A stretch of DNA of 64,000 nucleotides, taken from the NCBI GenBank assembly GCA_028289135.1, contig JAQGGW010000001.1, positions 76,018 to 140,017 on the forward strand, read 5' to 3'. Below, piece after piece: positions 1 to 10,182 of the stretch (positions are counted from its first letter, which is position 1; each line of letters begins with the position of its first letter). The translations under genes and the position numbers were made by a program. Under the pieces are notes generated by a model. The model had not been told where the DNA came from and searched no databases. It worked only from the letters and a program-made list of their open reading frames with translations. This stretch comes from Candidatus Saccharimonadota bacterium (GTDB lineage: Bacteria; Patescibacteriota; Saccharimonadia; Saccharimonadales; JACDBH01).

Positions 1-454
1 TGGCGACGGCCACAATAATGAAATAACAGACAAAATACGCCCCATAGCCACAAAGTGCATACAGAATATCTTTAAATGCCGGGCGGATCAGCCCAATCTT
101 GCTCTTGGCAATGTGAGCGCGCTTGAGCAGCCACAGCACTAGCCAGACGGCAAAGGTTTCGGCCAGTAGTATGTAGATAAACTGGGCAATAACGGAGTTG
201 GACAGCCAATCTGCGCCTTGGGATGACGTCCAGTTTTTGAGCGCGGGATAGATGGCGATAATTAACCCTGCCCCAACCTGGCTGGCGAAAAATACCAAGA
301 TTATAAAAAAGGCGCTGGTAAGCGGGTCGCGCTTATAAAATGGCCTCTTGCCGTTTTTGCCCAGCGGTTGTTCGGTAAAAACTGGCTTGGCGATCTTAAA
401 GGACTTAGGTTTAACTGCAGGCTTTGCATCATTGGTCGGCAATCTATCGCGCAT
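1..454 (-). CDS. Partial membrane protein, probably a CPBP/CAAX-type intramembrane protease (runs off window start)
   Basis: Not in the ORF track. ATG at 454 directly follows the rseP TAA. Manual translation MRDRLPTNDAKP...SAFFIILVFFASQVGAGLIIAIYP...QFIYILLAETFAVWLVLWLL...ILYALCGYGAYFVCYFIIVAVA has at least 3 TM helices; catalytic motifs would lie outside the window. Confidence 0.55.
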   Translation of the reverse strand, partial: MRDRLPTNDAKPAVKPKSFKIAKPVFTEQPLGKNGKRPFYKRDPLTSAFFIILVFFASQVGAGLIIAIYPALKNWTSSQGADWLSNSVIAQFIYILLAETFAVWLVLWLLKRAHIAKSKIGLIRPAFKDILYALCGYGAYFVCYFIIVAVA

Positions 455-1600
455 TTAGAAGAATCTCTTAATGTCTACAATTGTTATTACCGCAAACAAC
501 AGCATCAAAACGGCAAAGCCTGTGCCGTGGATGCGCTCTTCGGTTTTTTGCTTGAGCTCTTTGCGGCGGACGCGGTACAGCAGCATAACAAACAGCCGGC
601 CGCCGTCGAGCGCCGGAATCGGTAGGACGTTCATGACGGCGAGAGTTAAGGACAAAATGGCGATGATGAATAACACCAAACCAAAGCCTTGCTTAGAGAT
701 CTGGTAAAGAACCGTGAATATGCCGACCGGCCCAGAAACCTGGCTGCCAGCTTCTTCTTGGCCTGCCTGGCGTGCGGTTTTGTTGCCCGTAAAGAATCCG
801 GCGGTTAACGACCCTAGGCCCTTTATCGCGCTTCCAAGGCCTTTAAACGTGGCAATGGTAAAGTCTTTCATTACGCCAACTGCGACAACTGGTGCCGACC
901 ATGTGGAGCGGCGGATTTGCTGGCCAGATTCGGCCGAATAGGGCGAAACACCAAGGTGCGGTGAGGCTTTGCGTAGAGTAATCTGTTTGGTATATTCTGC
1001 CCCGCCGCGCTTCATTACCACCGTAACTTCTTGTTCTTCGAACTTATTAGTCGCTGTGCTTAGGGTCTCTGGCTTGTCTATTTTGATGCCGCCGATGCTG
1101 ACAATCTGGTCGTCGGCTTTTAACCCGGCTTTTTCTGCTGGAGAGTTTTTAACGACATAGTTAATTTTAACTACGCCCTTGTCCTTCACATCTTTGATAA
1201 TCTTGGTGTCGCTGTTAACTGTAAATTGATGGTCGAGCAGCTTTGGCATGCCGATCAATGCCACGATGGTAAACAGTACAAACGCGGCCAAGAGGTTCAT
1301 AAAAACGCCGGCCATCATAATCTTAGTCTTGGCCCAAGTGGTGGCAGCACCATAAGTACCTTTTTCGGTGTCCGAGTCGTGTTCGCCCTTTAGTCTTACA
1401 AAACCACCAAGCGGCAGCCAGTTTAAGGAGTAAATTGTGCCTTTGCGCGTAGCCAGGATCTTGGCGCGTGGCGGAAAGCCAAGGCCGAATTCTTCGACCT
1501 CTACCCCGTTGCGGCGCGCCAATACATAGTGCCCAAACTCATGGAAGATAACGAGGCCAATAAACATCAGCAGACCGAGGATAAAAAAGAAAATTGCCAT
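455..1600 (-). CDS. rseP: RIP metalloprotease RseP (M50 family with PDZ domain)
   Basis: HEFGH zinc motif, EFGLGFPP, LPLGGFV, PDZ segment (SPAEKAGL), NVLPIPALDGG. Confidence 0.93.
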   Translation of the reverse strand: MAIFFFILGLLMFIGLVIFHEFGHYVLARRNGVEVEEFGLGFPPRAKILATRKGTIYSLNWLPLGGFVRLKGEHDSDTEKGTYGAATTWAKTKIMMAGVFMNLLAAFVLFTIVALIGMPKLLDHQFTVNSDTKIIKDVKDKGVVKINYVVKNSPAEKAGLKADDQIVSIGGIKIDKPETLSTATNKFEEQEVTVVMKRGGAEYTKQITLRKASPHLGVSPYSAESGQQIRRSTWSAPVVAVGVMKDFTIATFKGLGSAIKGLGSLTAGFFTGNKTARQAGQEEAGSQVSGPVGIFTVLYQISKQGFGLVLFIIAILSLTLAVMNVLPIPALDGGRLFVMLLYRVRRKELKQKTEERIHGTGFAVLMLLFAVITIVDIKRFF

Positions 1601-1689
1601 TCAAATAAGTATACAGTAGACAGCTGGTAGTAAACAGTTCGGAAAGTTCTAAAATCTGTCAGCTGTATACTGTCAGCCTTTAACTGCTC

Positions 1690-2253
1690 TTAAACTTTCA
1701 TAACTTCGGCTTCTTTGGCAGCCGAGAGCGCATCAATCTGCGCTTTGTTTTTGTTCATCATGTCATCGATCTGGTTGCTGAGGCGCTTGGCTTCGTCTTC
1801 GGACACGGCTTTGTCCTTTTTAGCGGCGTCAATGCCGTCCATGGCATCGTGGCGGACTCCACGCATGGTAATAAGTGCTTCTTCTACCTTGCCGCCGAGC
1901 TGTTTGACGATTTCTTTGCGGCGGTCTTCGGTTAATGCCGGGATTGGCACGCGGACAACACGGCCGTCATCGCTTGGGTTTAGGCCGAGTGATGGGTTGT
2001 CGCGGATGGCGGCGGCAATGGCTTGGATGTTGCTGGGGTCAAAAGGAGTAATCTGGAGCAGCTGAGCTTCAGGAGCCGTTACGTTGCCAACCTGGATAAT
2101 TGGCATTGGGGTGCCGTAAGCCGTAACAATAACGCCGTCCAGCATGCCTGGGTGCGCGCGGCCGGTGCGGATTTTTTTAAGCTCTTCTTCGAAATGCTCA
2201 ACGGCACGCTTAAACTTGCTCTCTGATTCTGAAATAATTTGGCTTGGCTGCAT
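1690..2253 (-). CDS. frr: Ribosome recycling factor
   Basis: IRTGRAHP, LGLNPSDDG, IPALTEDRRKE; 187 aa. Confidence 0.97.
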   Translation of the reverse strand: MQPSQIISESESKFKRAVEHFEEELKKIRTGRAHPGMLDGVIVTAYGTPMPIIQVGNVTAPEAQLLQITPFDPSNIQAIAAAIRDNPSLGLNPSDDGRVVRVPIPALTEDRRKEIVKQLGGKVEEALITMRGVRHDAMDGIDAAKKDKAVSEDEAKRLSNQIDDMMNKNKAQIDALSAAKEAEVMKV

Positions 2254-2300
2254 ACGTAACTCCGTTTACTATTTTTAGTATAACTTATTTATTCTTAACA

Positions 2301-3464
2301 TTATCTATTAAGATCGGCCAAACGTTGGTGAGCCGCCAACATAATAAAATTAGCAATATCAGGTTCGATTAAAGATAGGCGCTTTAGTAAGAGGTCTTGT
2401 TTTTCGTCAACAACAGTGTGATTTTCACTTATAGGGTTTCCATAAAATCGCCAGTTTGGCTTTAAATAAGACTCAACTATGGTCGCCACATCCTCGTATA
2501 CAGTCATGCCTCCGTAACTTTCGACTGTCTGTATCCCTTCGCTAAAGAACTTTTCCTGCTCTGGTGTTCTATGCCAAGATGGCATGTAGCCGACTGGCGG
2601 GCCAATTAACGCATTAATATTACGCCAATCAAGATCGTTTAAAGGATTGCACTCTTTATCAAGAACCGCATGACCTACGTATTCGTGCCATAAGGCCGTT
2701 AATATAAAGTCAGTCTTATCATTCACTGCATCGAAAGATAACGTAACTGTGTTGAAGCTATTTTCATACAGACCCCCATAATACCCGTAATTTTTCTTAG
2801 CATCAGGGTTATTGTGTGCAGCTTCGGTTTCTATCTCTTGTTTACTTTTTGGGAGCGCAACATATGGCGAAATAATAATAGGTGCTTCAGAATAATCATA
2901 CATGCTTTTGGGAATGGTATGCAGTGCCACCACTAGAAGTAATAATCCTTCTTTGGTCATTTGCTTATAATTTCCATCTTTGTCATAACCGTCAAACAAA
3001 ATAGATAATGGTAATCCCCTATCAAGCATATAGTCTGATACCTCCCTTGAGGCCTGGTCTACAGTTTTTGCATCCTCGATATCTACAAGAAGTTTTCCTT
3101 CATCGGCAAAGCTACCTATTCTTTTTGCTTCTAATGAGTAAGCCAATTCTTGGACCGTACTGTAATTAGTTAGGTCAAGGCTAAGATCATCTGGATTATA
3201 AGTGCCTTCATTACATTCAACATATTTAACTGCAACCGGTGTAACAACTGGAAGATTTACAGTGTCCGCATCACCTCCCAAAAACAAGCCAGCCACAATG
3301 CCATACCTAGCAAGCATTTTAAGTGGCGCTTCGACATGCTTACGAGCAAAATTAAACCCGTCGGACGCTAGTTCGCCAAGGGTGCGTATATCGCGCGCGA
3401 TATGTTGCCGCGGAAACTGCGTATCGATATTTAGGCTAAGCTGTTCTGGCATTTGTGGAGCCAC
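2301..3464 (-). CDS. Hypothetical protein, possible zinc metallopeptidase
   Basis: 387 aa AT-rich ORF with WHEYVGH and a downstream SYGGMTVYEDVAT motif, resembling zincin-type HExx(x)H plus a later Glu ligand. Confidence 0.5.
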   Translation of the reverse strand: MAPQMPEQLSLNIDTQFPRQHIARDIRTLGELASDGFNFARKHVEAPLKMLARYGIVAGLFLGGDADTVNLPVVTPVAVKYVECNEGTYNPDDLSLDLTNYSTVQELAYSLEAKRIGSFADEGKLLVDIEDAKTVDQASREVSDYMLDRGLPLSILFDGYDKDGNYKQMTKEGLLLLVVALHTIPKSMYDYSEAPIIISPYVALPKSKQEIETEAAHNNPDAKKNYGYYGGLYENSFNTVTLSFDAVNDKTDFILTALWHEYVGHAVLDKECNPLNDLDWRNINALIGPPVGYMPSWHRTPEQEKFFSEGIQTVESYGGMTVYEDVATIVESYLKPNWRFYGNPISENHTVVDEKQDLLLKRLSLIEPDIANFIMLAAHQRLADLNR

Positions 3465-3505
3465 AGTTAATATCTTCCTCCACCGTTAACTAATAATGAA
3501 TGACT

Positions 3506-3631
3506 CTAGTTTTGGTTATAGGGATGCAGAATGGTGGCGCCGGTGAAGAACGGACTAAGCCGTATCAAAAAATACGGTGAAGGAGTACTGGAGCCGGCAA
3601 CGCCATTATGCGCCCTAGAAACAAAAACTAG
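3506..3631. repeat. Palindromic MITE/RPE-like element, copy 1 (family A)
   Basis: Imperfect terminal inverted repeats (ctagttttggttatagggatgcagaatgg / ccattatgcgccctagaaacaaaaactag), internal ccgtat..atacgg hairpin; homologous to 62802-62924. Confidence 0.8.
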
Positions 3632-4224
3632 GCGACTTCGCCGAGGGCGATGCGTGAAAACTTACGCACCAAGACGTTTTCACCCAAACGCGCACCGTGC
3701 TCTTTAACAAGCTGGCCAACGGTAATTTCCGGGTTCTTAACAAATGGCTGTTCAAGCAAGCACTTTTCTGCAAAGTGCTTTTTTAGCATTCCGGCAACAA
3801 TGTTTTCGATCATGTTGTCTGGTTTGCCATCAGCTTTAGCTTTTTCGGTAAATTCTTTTTTGGCGGCTTCTTGGACTTCTGATGGAATAGCATCCATGGA
3901 CACAAATTCTGGGTTGCTGGCAGCGATGTGCATGGCAACGTCTTTAACTAACCCTGTAAAGATTTCGTTGCGGGCGACAAAGTCGGTTTCGCAGTTGATC
4001 TCGACCAAAACGCCAATGCGGCCGTCGTGGTTGTAGGTTCCGACCAAGCCGGCACGGGCTTCGCGTTCACCGCGCTTGTCGGCTTTGGTCATGCCTTTTT
4101 TGCGCATTGCGGCCAAGGCTTTGTCAAAGTCACCATCAACTTCGTCCAATGCGTGCTTGGCATCTGTTAGGCCAACGCCCGTAAGGTCTTTTAGTCTTTT
4201 AATGTCTTCAATTGATACTGCCAT
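3628..4224 (-). CDS. tsf: Elongation factor Ts (short form)
   Basis: EINCETDFVARN, LLEQPFVKNP; 198 aa; downstream of rpsB. Confidence 0.97.
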   Translation of the reverse strand: MAVSIEDIKRLKDLTGVGLTDAKHALDEVDGDFDKALAAMRKKGMTKADKRGEREARAGLVGTYNHDGRIGVLVEINCETDFVARNEIFTGLVKDVAMHIAASNPEFVSMDAIPSEVQEAAKKEFTEKAKADGKPDNMIENIVAGMLKKHFAEKCLLEQPFVKNPEITVGQLVKEHGARLGENVLVRKFSRIALGEVA

Positions 4225-4241
4225 TTTTGTAACCTTTCTAT

Positions 4242-4472
4242 TTATCGCCCAATTAATTTATCTACTATTTGACCTAGTTCACCTACTGTTGCATTTACTC
4301 CTTCTGTATCTGTCGGCATTGCCTCACCTCTAAACTTTGCAGTAACAAATGCCACTACAGAGCCTAACTGTGTTAATACTTCAGGATTTGCTGAGGGAAA
4401 ATCTTTCGCCATATCAGTGCGCGATAAGATTGCATCGTGAGTCATTCGCTCGTGACCAGAAACATCAAACAT
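4242..4472 (-). CDS. Small hypothetical protein between rpsB and tsf
   Basis: 76 aa ORF coupled to rpsB by a TAATG overlap and filling the rpsB-tsf gap. Confidence 0.5.
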   Translation of the reverse strand: MFDVSGHERMTHDAILSRTDMAKDFPSANPEVLTQLGSVVAFVTAKFRGEAMPTDTEGVNATVGELGQIVDKLIGR

Positions 4473-5215
4473 TATTTAGCCTCGGCTACTGCTTCTTTTT
4501 CTTCGGTCTTATCAACAGGCTTTTTAGCCTTGTTACGGCCTTCTTCGATAGCGTCTTTGACGTAGCTGGCAATAAGAGTCAGGGTCTTGATTGCATCGTC
4601 GTTGCAAGGAACTGGATAGGTGATCTCTGATGGGTCAGCATTGGTGTCACACAGCGCGACTATTGGCACGCCGAGCTTGGTTGCTTCCAAAACAGCGTTC
4701 TTGTCCTCAGATGGGTCAAAAATAAATACGGCGCCGAGCTTGGCGTTCATGTCCTTGATACCGCCGTACTGAATGTTCATGAAGTCGATTTCTTCTTGGT
4801 AGCGCTGGATTTCAAGCTTGTTGTACTTGTTGGCGAGCTCACCGTTTTCCATCTTGGTTTCAAGGTCTTTGAGGTGCTTGATACGGACGTTAATGGTGTT
4901 GCTGTTTGTCAGCATGCCGCCCAACCAACGCTCAACGACGTATGGCATGTTAGTTTCTTCGGCCAAAGTCTTGGCGATGTCATGAACCTGGCGCTTGGTG
5001 CCAACGATCAACACTTGCTTGCCAGCTGCGGTGGTTTGAGAGATAAAAGCCAAAGCTTCTTCAAGCTTTTCGACAGTTTTGGTCAAGTCAATAATGTGGC
5101 TGCCATTACGCTTGCTGTGGATGTATGGCGCCATTTTAGGGTGCCAACGTGATGTTTTGTGGCCAAAATGCGCTCCGGCATTCAATAGCTCTTTGATGTC
5201 TACATTTGTAGCCAT
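4472..5215 (-). CDS. rpsB: 30S ribosomal protein S2
   Basis: LLNAGAHFGH, RWHPKM, RWLGGMLTN, PCNDD. Start moved to ATG 5215 (MATNVDIKE), preceded by AAGGAG. Confidence 0.97.
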   Translation of the reverse strand: MATNVDIKELLNAGAHFGHKTSRWHPKMAPYIHSKRNGSHIIDLTKTVEKLEEALAFISQTTAAGKQVLIVGTKRQVHDIAKTLAEETNMPYVVERWLGGMLTNSNTINVRIKHLKDLETKMENGELANKYNKLEIQRYQEEIDFMNIQYGGIKDMNAKLGAVFIFDPSEDKNAVLEATKLGVPIVALCDTNADPSEITYPVPCNDDAIKTLTLIASYVKDAIEEGRNKAKKPVDKTEEKEAVAEAK

Positions 5216-5406
5216 ATTGGGTGAACTCCTTGTTCTTCGGTACGGTGCTAACCCGGTCATTCCTACACGGATATGATCAGGAGGATTCTGCTCCGCCCTG
5301 TTTAATTAATTACCTATTTATTTTAACAGATTAAGAGATATTGTTCAATAAAGATTAAAAATATATCTCAGACACTTGCTGATAGCTACTTTAATTTTGT
5401 AAGTAA

Positions 5407-8400
5407 TTAACGGATCACTATTAACGAATGTAAGCTTTCAGGCATTGTTTCTTTCACTTTACTCGCTTCTTCCTGAGAAAAAACCACAATTTCTTGAACC
5501 ATTGATAAATCTACACCTCCTGAAATTTGAGCCTCAATATAATCACTTGTTGCTTCACCACCACGACCTTTGTTGTCCTTCGCATGACGTAATATCATTG
5601 CATCTTCAGATGTCAGTAGAGTGGCCCCATGAAAGCTATCTTCTGGTGTAAATGTTATCCTATCTTGAGGCAACTTACTTGGATCTAAGATTATTACCGC
5701 TTCTCCATATCCTCTTGCTCCACGTTTAGTACTTTCATTACCTAAGAATATACCTGTTCCATAAACTGGGTGGTCGCTGGCATGATCCAATGAGCGAAGT
5801 CCCATTGCTATTTCAACACCACTTCTATGAAGCAAGTAGTTTTTATTGCCAACATGCAGCTTCTTGCTTCCACCTTCAAATACACCTGCATCAAATAGAC
5901 TTTTTATATCCCCACCTTGAGTCGCGATTTTAGCTAAAACATCATATCCAGCGTTAATAATGACCCTGAAATTATTCTGAATATCATGAGTCTCAGTTAC
6001 GGCTTGATCAATTTCTTCAGATGTCATGCCAAGTCTTAAAGTCATGTAATCATTCAGAACCTTCCTACTAACAGTTTCTCTGTTTTCAGGGCTGTTAACC
6101 CATTTGAAAATGGCTTCCGGACTATCTGCAGTTCCCTCTGCGACTGCATTCTGCCTTGCCGAGAGTATGGTAGGCAAAGCTGAATATGGCATATTGCTAC
6201 CTTCGAACCAATCGAGCAAAACGGTTGCATCTTCAGTTTTTAGAGGCTTGATATTATATCTGATCACATTTGCAACTGAATCTGTTGATTCATAAGGAAA
6301 GCCGTCTTTATCCGTCATTTTAGATGCACGCTGAAGTGCTTTGAATAGGATCTGCTCATTTGCTTCGCGTTCTTCGCTATAACCATCTGGAAATGCTTCT
6401 CTGAATTCGACTAGCTCATCCGCTAAGCTGCTAAAATCAAACCAACCTCTATTTTCAAACGTTTTCCATGTGTCAAAAAGTTTCTCGGTTTCTTTTAGGC
6501 CGCCTAATTTTACTAACTTAGACAGCATTAGGTTTTCCATACTATCAGCCGAAAATATACTATTGGGTACGCGTTCAGGCAGTCCATGTTCCTCGCTACG
6601 AATACTCGCATACACATCCGATGTAACGATATTTATCAGATTGGTAGCTTCAACCTCATTGAGCCAAGATGCTAGTTCTACTATTTGTTCGAGGCTCAGA
6701 TTACCACTGGTGGCTGTTGGTTTTAGAATCTCAAGTTTACTTAAATATTCACGTACACCATCGAGCCCTTTCATTTCGTTCGATTTACTCATACTGTGGT
6801 AAGCCTTCGAAATAGGTCCTTCGAGATTTATATTAAATAATAAAGCGCTACCTTTATCTTCAAAAAATACTTTTTCTTTTAATTCTGGGAAAGACCGTAA
6901 ATAATTTGCCGTTTCAATATAGCTCTGGAGAGATGGAACGGTAGAAAAAAATCCGCTTATCTTCACCATATCGCACACCCATGTCGCAAGCTCAGGGTCT
7001 GCATCATTGAGCTCTTGCATACTTTCGCCAAGCTGTTTGATACTCAGTACTCTGTTTTCAGTTTCTTCAAACCTGCCTGAACCGTGAATAAGGTCATCTA
7101 TCAACCTACTTGCTATTTTCCCGTCAAGTTGCGCCAAGCTGTTCAAACTGTCGCCAATCTTTTCAGCCATCTCAAGTGCTGCAAGCTCTGGGCTAAACTC
7201 CTCTCCAGGTTCCCGGTTATAATTAGAAATTACACTTGGATTTAACCTATCAAGTAATAAGTCAGTAATCTGTTCTATAGGGAATCCAGCTGCTTTTGTT
7301 TTTTCCAACAATGGTTTTATCAGATGTATATATTCACTATATTTTTTTGGTTTTTCACCAATTTCACTAATAGCAATGTCGCGAAGATTTTTGCCATCGT
7401 ATTCATATACTCCTTCGCGCTGATAAAATAGGTCAGTTTGAGCTAAAATCTTAACCAGTTCAAACGCTTCACTATCTTCTTGTTTTTGAACATCTGATAT
7501 TAATTGTAATCTTTCACTATTACCTATAAATGTCAGTACATTGACCTTTGTTACCCCTGCTTCTTCTAAGCTTTGAGCTACGGCCTTGAAATCATCCAAT
7601 AAAAGTTCGCGACCATAACCACCGCAGTTGATTATCTCTCTAACGTTCTGGGCTACTTTATTTTGTAAGTCTTTATCCGATTCATCAGGTATAAATGAAT
7701 CAATTATTTCAATATCTTCAAATAACTTTTTTCTATTTTCAGGCTCATTAAGAATGATAAGCCTAGATATGGGCTTAACACTTTCCAACCGCTCACTCAC
7801 TCTGCTTACCTCTTCTGCAGCAGGCTCAACTTCTAAACGTTCCACCGTTTCACTGTAATTTCTTTCGCCGTTGAAAATTCTATCGTAATCATCTAAATGC
7901 CTATAGTTCACACCGGCTGTAGTTAAACGCGGATATTTTTGCATAAGTTTAGCAACCTTAGAATAACCACCTGGTACGTCTTCGCTTAATGAAGCTTCCA
8001 GTTTTCCATATTGATCACGTAGTAATTCACGCTTCTCTATTAGTTCTGGCGGCTCTTCTATCTCGTCCCCCGGTAAGCTCATGGAGCTATATTTTAGCTC
8101 CCTCAAAGCAGCGCTATAGCCTTCTCTTAAGGCCGCTCGTTCCCATACATTTAATTCACCTTTTTCTAGCAACATTTCTATCTGTTTTGAAATCGCAGGA
8201 AGCTGCTTTTCGAGTATTGATCCAAGTTTTGTTTTTGACTCAAAATCCTGACCATTTTCAGCCACATACGACACGAGTCGATCTATAAATGGCTTCAGTT
8301 GGTCGTCATGATTAAGAGCTTCCGATATTGAATCGAGACTTGACTGCATAGTCATTTCCTCAGGTTTTGATATCGTAGGTAATTCTTCTATATTTTGTCC

Positions 8401-8619
8401 TTGCTCTGGAGAAGGATGTTGATCAATTGCTATGGCCTCAACTTCGGGTACAACGGTATCCGTCGCAATGTCACCCATATGAAGCACCCTTTCTATGTGT
8501 TCGTGTAAACCTGGATGATACATTTCAGGATGCTCAGTAAAATGCGTAGCTAGGTCGACTGTTGATACAGCCCCTACTTCGTGTGGATATTGGTAGCCTT
8601 GATCTATCAGTTCCGGCAT
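5407..8619 (-). CDS. Large acidic helical protein with C-terminal DUF3626-like domain
   Basis: 1070 aa, AT-rich. C-terminal HPVYG...YGEAVIIL...RITFTPEDS...YIEAQISGGV matches my recollection of DUF3626. Confidence 0.6.
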   Translation of the reverse strand: MPELIDQGYQYPHEVGAVSTVDLATHFTEHPEMYHPGLHEHIERVLHMGDIATDTVVPEVEAIAIDQHPSPEQGQNIEELPTISKPEEMTMQSSLDSISEALNHDDQLKPFIDRLVSYVAENGQDFESKTKLGSILEKQLPAISKQIEMLLEKGELNVWERAALREGYSAALRELKYSSMSLPGDEIEEPPELIEKRELLRDQYGKLEASLSEDVPGGYSKVAKLMQKYPRLTTAGVNYRHLDDYDRIFNGERNYSETVERLEVEPAAEEVSRVSERLESVKPISRLIILNEPENRKKLFEDIEIIDSFIPDESDKDLQNKVAQNVREIINCGGYGRELLLDDFKAVAQSLEEAGVTKVNVLTFIGNSERLQLISDVQKQEDSEAFELVKILAQTDLFYQREGVYEYDGKNLRDIAISEIGEKPKKYSEYIHLIKPLLEKTKAAGFPIEQITDLLLDRLNPSVISNYNREPGEEFSPELAALEMAEKIGDSLNSLAQLDGKIASRLIDDLIHGSGRFEETENRVLSIKQLGESMQELNDADPELATWVCDMVKISGFFSTVPSLQSYIETANYLRSFPELKEKVFFEDKGSALLFNINLEGPISKAYHSMSKSNEMKGLDGVREYLSKLEILKPTATSGNLSLEQIVELASWLNEVEATNLINIVTSDVYASIRSEEHGLPERVPNSIFSADSMENLMLSKLVKLGGLKETEKLFDTWKTFENRGWFDFSSLADELVEFREAFPDGYSEEREANEQILFKALQRASKMTDKDGFPYESTDSVANVIRYNIKPLKTEDATVLLDWFEGSNMPYSALPTILSARQNAVAEGTADSPEAIFKWVNSPENRETVSRKVLNDYMTLRLGMTSEEIDQAVTETHDIQNNFRVIINAGYDVLAKIATQGGDIKSLFDAGVFEGGSKKLHVGNKNYLLHRSGVEIAMGLRSLDHASDHPVYGTGIFLGNESTKRGARGYGEAVIILDPSKLPQDRITFTPEDSFHGATLLTSEDAMILRHAKDNKGRGGEATSDYIEAQISGGVDLSMVQEIVVFSQEEASKVKETMPESLHSLIVIR

Positions 8620-8689
8620 GGGGTGTTTGTTTTAGTTTCTTTCTAAAAACAGTATATCGCTCGCATAAGCGTTGTTCAAGCATAACAGA

Positions 8690-8718
8690 TTGACATATCT
8701 GTTGAAATGATATATATT
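8690..8718 (+). promoter_or_regulatory. Sigma70 promoter of rpmE2
   Basis: TTGACA (8690-8695), 17 bp spacer, TATATT (8713-8718), just upstream of ATGs at 8722 and 8728. Confidence 0.75.
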
Positions 8719-8727
8719 CTTATGAAT

Positions 8728-9057
8728 ATGAAGAAAGATTTGCACCACAAAGATTACCGCGTTGTTGTTTTTGAAGACCTCAACGATGGCACCCGCATTT
8801 TGACCCGCTCAACTGTAGCGAGCGAAGAAACAACCAAATGGGATGACGGCAACGAATACCCTTTGATTAAAGTGCACATTAGCAGCAGCTCTCACCCATT
8901 CTTTACGGGCCAGGAAAAGCTTGTTGATATCGAAGGCCGCGTTGACAAGTTCCGCGCCCGCACAGAGGCTGCAAGGGCCGCACGCGAAGCAAAAGCTGCC
9001 AAAAAGCCGCGCAAATCCGAAGAAAAAGCCGAAACTGCGCAAAAACTCGGTGCCTAG
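8728..9057 (+). CDS. rpmE2: 50S ribosomal protein L31 type B
   Basis: [38 protein letters not shown]; no Cys; basic C-terminal extension. Start at 8722 is also possible. Confidence 0.93.
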   Translation: MKKDLHHKDYRVVVFEDLNDGTRILTRSTVASEETTKWDDGNEYPLIKVHISSSSHPFFTGQEKLVDIEGRVDKFRARTEAARAAREAKAAKKPRKSEEKAETAQKLGA

Positions 9058-9072
9058 CTACGTCTAATAAAT

Positions 9073-9103
9073 AAGCCGCTGTCCTTTTGGATGGCGGTTT
9101 TTT
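9073..9103 (+). terminator. Intrinsic terminator after rpmE2
   Basis: GCCGCTGTCC-TTTT-GGATGGCGGT followed by a T run. Confidence 0.75.
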
Positions 9104-9123
9104 GTATATAATGAGGAAGAATT

Positions 9124-10182
9124 ATGGAAGAAAAAGCTAAAAACTACCGCGAAGAACTGGATGGCCTCAAGCAGCAGCTGACTGACCCGGGTATTTTTAG
9201 CACGCCCGAATATCCAAAACTTGCTAAGAGAATGAGTTTCGTTGAAGGCATTGTGAAGCTTTTTGATGAACAAGTCCGTTATAACAAGGAAATTACTGAG
9301 GCGCAGGAAATGGCCGCAAGCAGTGACGCCGAAATGGCGGAGATGGCTCGCGAAGAATTAGTGCACCTAAAGGCTTTCCGTGAAAGCATTGACGCCCAGC
9401 TGCAAGAAGCACTGGTGCCAAAAGACCCCAACGATGAACGCAACGCCATTTTTGAAATCCGCGCGGCGGCCGGTGGCGATGAATCTTCCCTGTTTGCAGC
9501 CGAACTATACCGAATGTATGCTCGCTTCTGTGAAACGCACGGCTACAAACTAGAGCTCTTAAACGAAAGCCCGTCAGACGCTGGCGGCTATAAAGAAATT
9601 AGTTTTATAGCCCGCGGCGATGAACCCTTTGGCATGTTCAAGTTTGAAGCCGGCGTCCACCGCGTCCAGCGCGTGCCAGAAACTGAAAGCCAAGGCCGGA
9701 TCCACACTTCTACCGTGACTGTTGCGGTTTTGCCGGAAGCCGAAGAAAAAGACATTGAAATTAACCCATCCGACCTGCGGATTGACGTTTACCACGCCAG
9801 CGGCCACGGCGGCCAAAGTGTTAACACCACTGACTCTGCCGTGCGCATTACTCACCTTCCAACTGGGCTGGTTGTAACGCAGCAGGACGAAAAATCTCAG
9901 ACAAAGAACAAGTTAAAAGCCCTCGGCGTCCTTCGTTCACGGCTTTTGCAGGCGCAGATTGAATCCGAACAGCAAAAACTATCAGACAGCCGCAAAAAAC
10001 TGATCGGCTCCGGCGACAGATCCGAAAAAATTAGGACGTATAACTTCCCCCAAGACCGCATTACCGACCACCGCATAGGCTACTCCCGCAGTAACATCCC
10101 GGGCGCCATGACCGGCCAGATCGACGACCTATTTGAAGAACTCCACAAGGCCGAACACGACCTTCTTAACCAAGAATCCTAA
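9124..10182 (+). CDS. prfA: Peptide chain release factor 1
   Basis: GVHRVQRVPETE (PxT motif), GGQ motif, IRTYNFPQDR. Confidence 0.97.
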   Translation: MEEKAKNYREELDGLKQQLTDPGIFSTPEYPKLAKRMSFVEGIVKLFDEQVRYNKEITEAQEMAASSDAEMAEMAREELVHLKAFRESIDAQLQEALVPKDPNDERNAIFEIRAAAGGDESSLFAAELYRMYARFCETHGYKLELLNESPSDAGGYKEISFIARGDEPFGMFKFEAGVHRVQRVPETESQGRIHTSTVTVAVLPEAEEKDIEINPSDLRIDVYHASGHGGQSVNTTDSAVRITHLPTGLVVTQQDEKSQTKNKLKALGVLRSRLLQAQIESEQQKLSDSRKKLIGSGDRSEKIRTYNFPQDRITDHRIGYSRSNIPGAMTGQIDDLFEELHKAEHDLLNQES

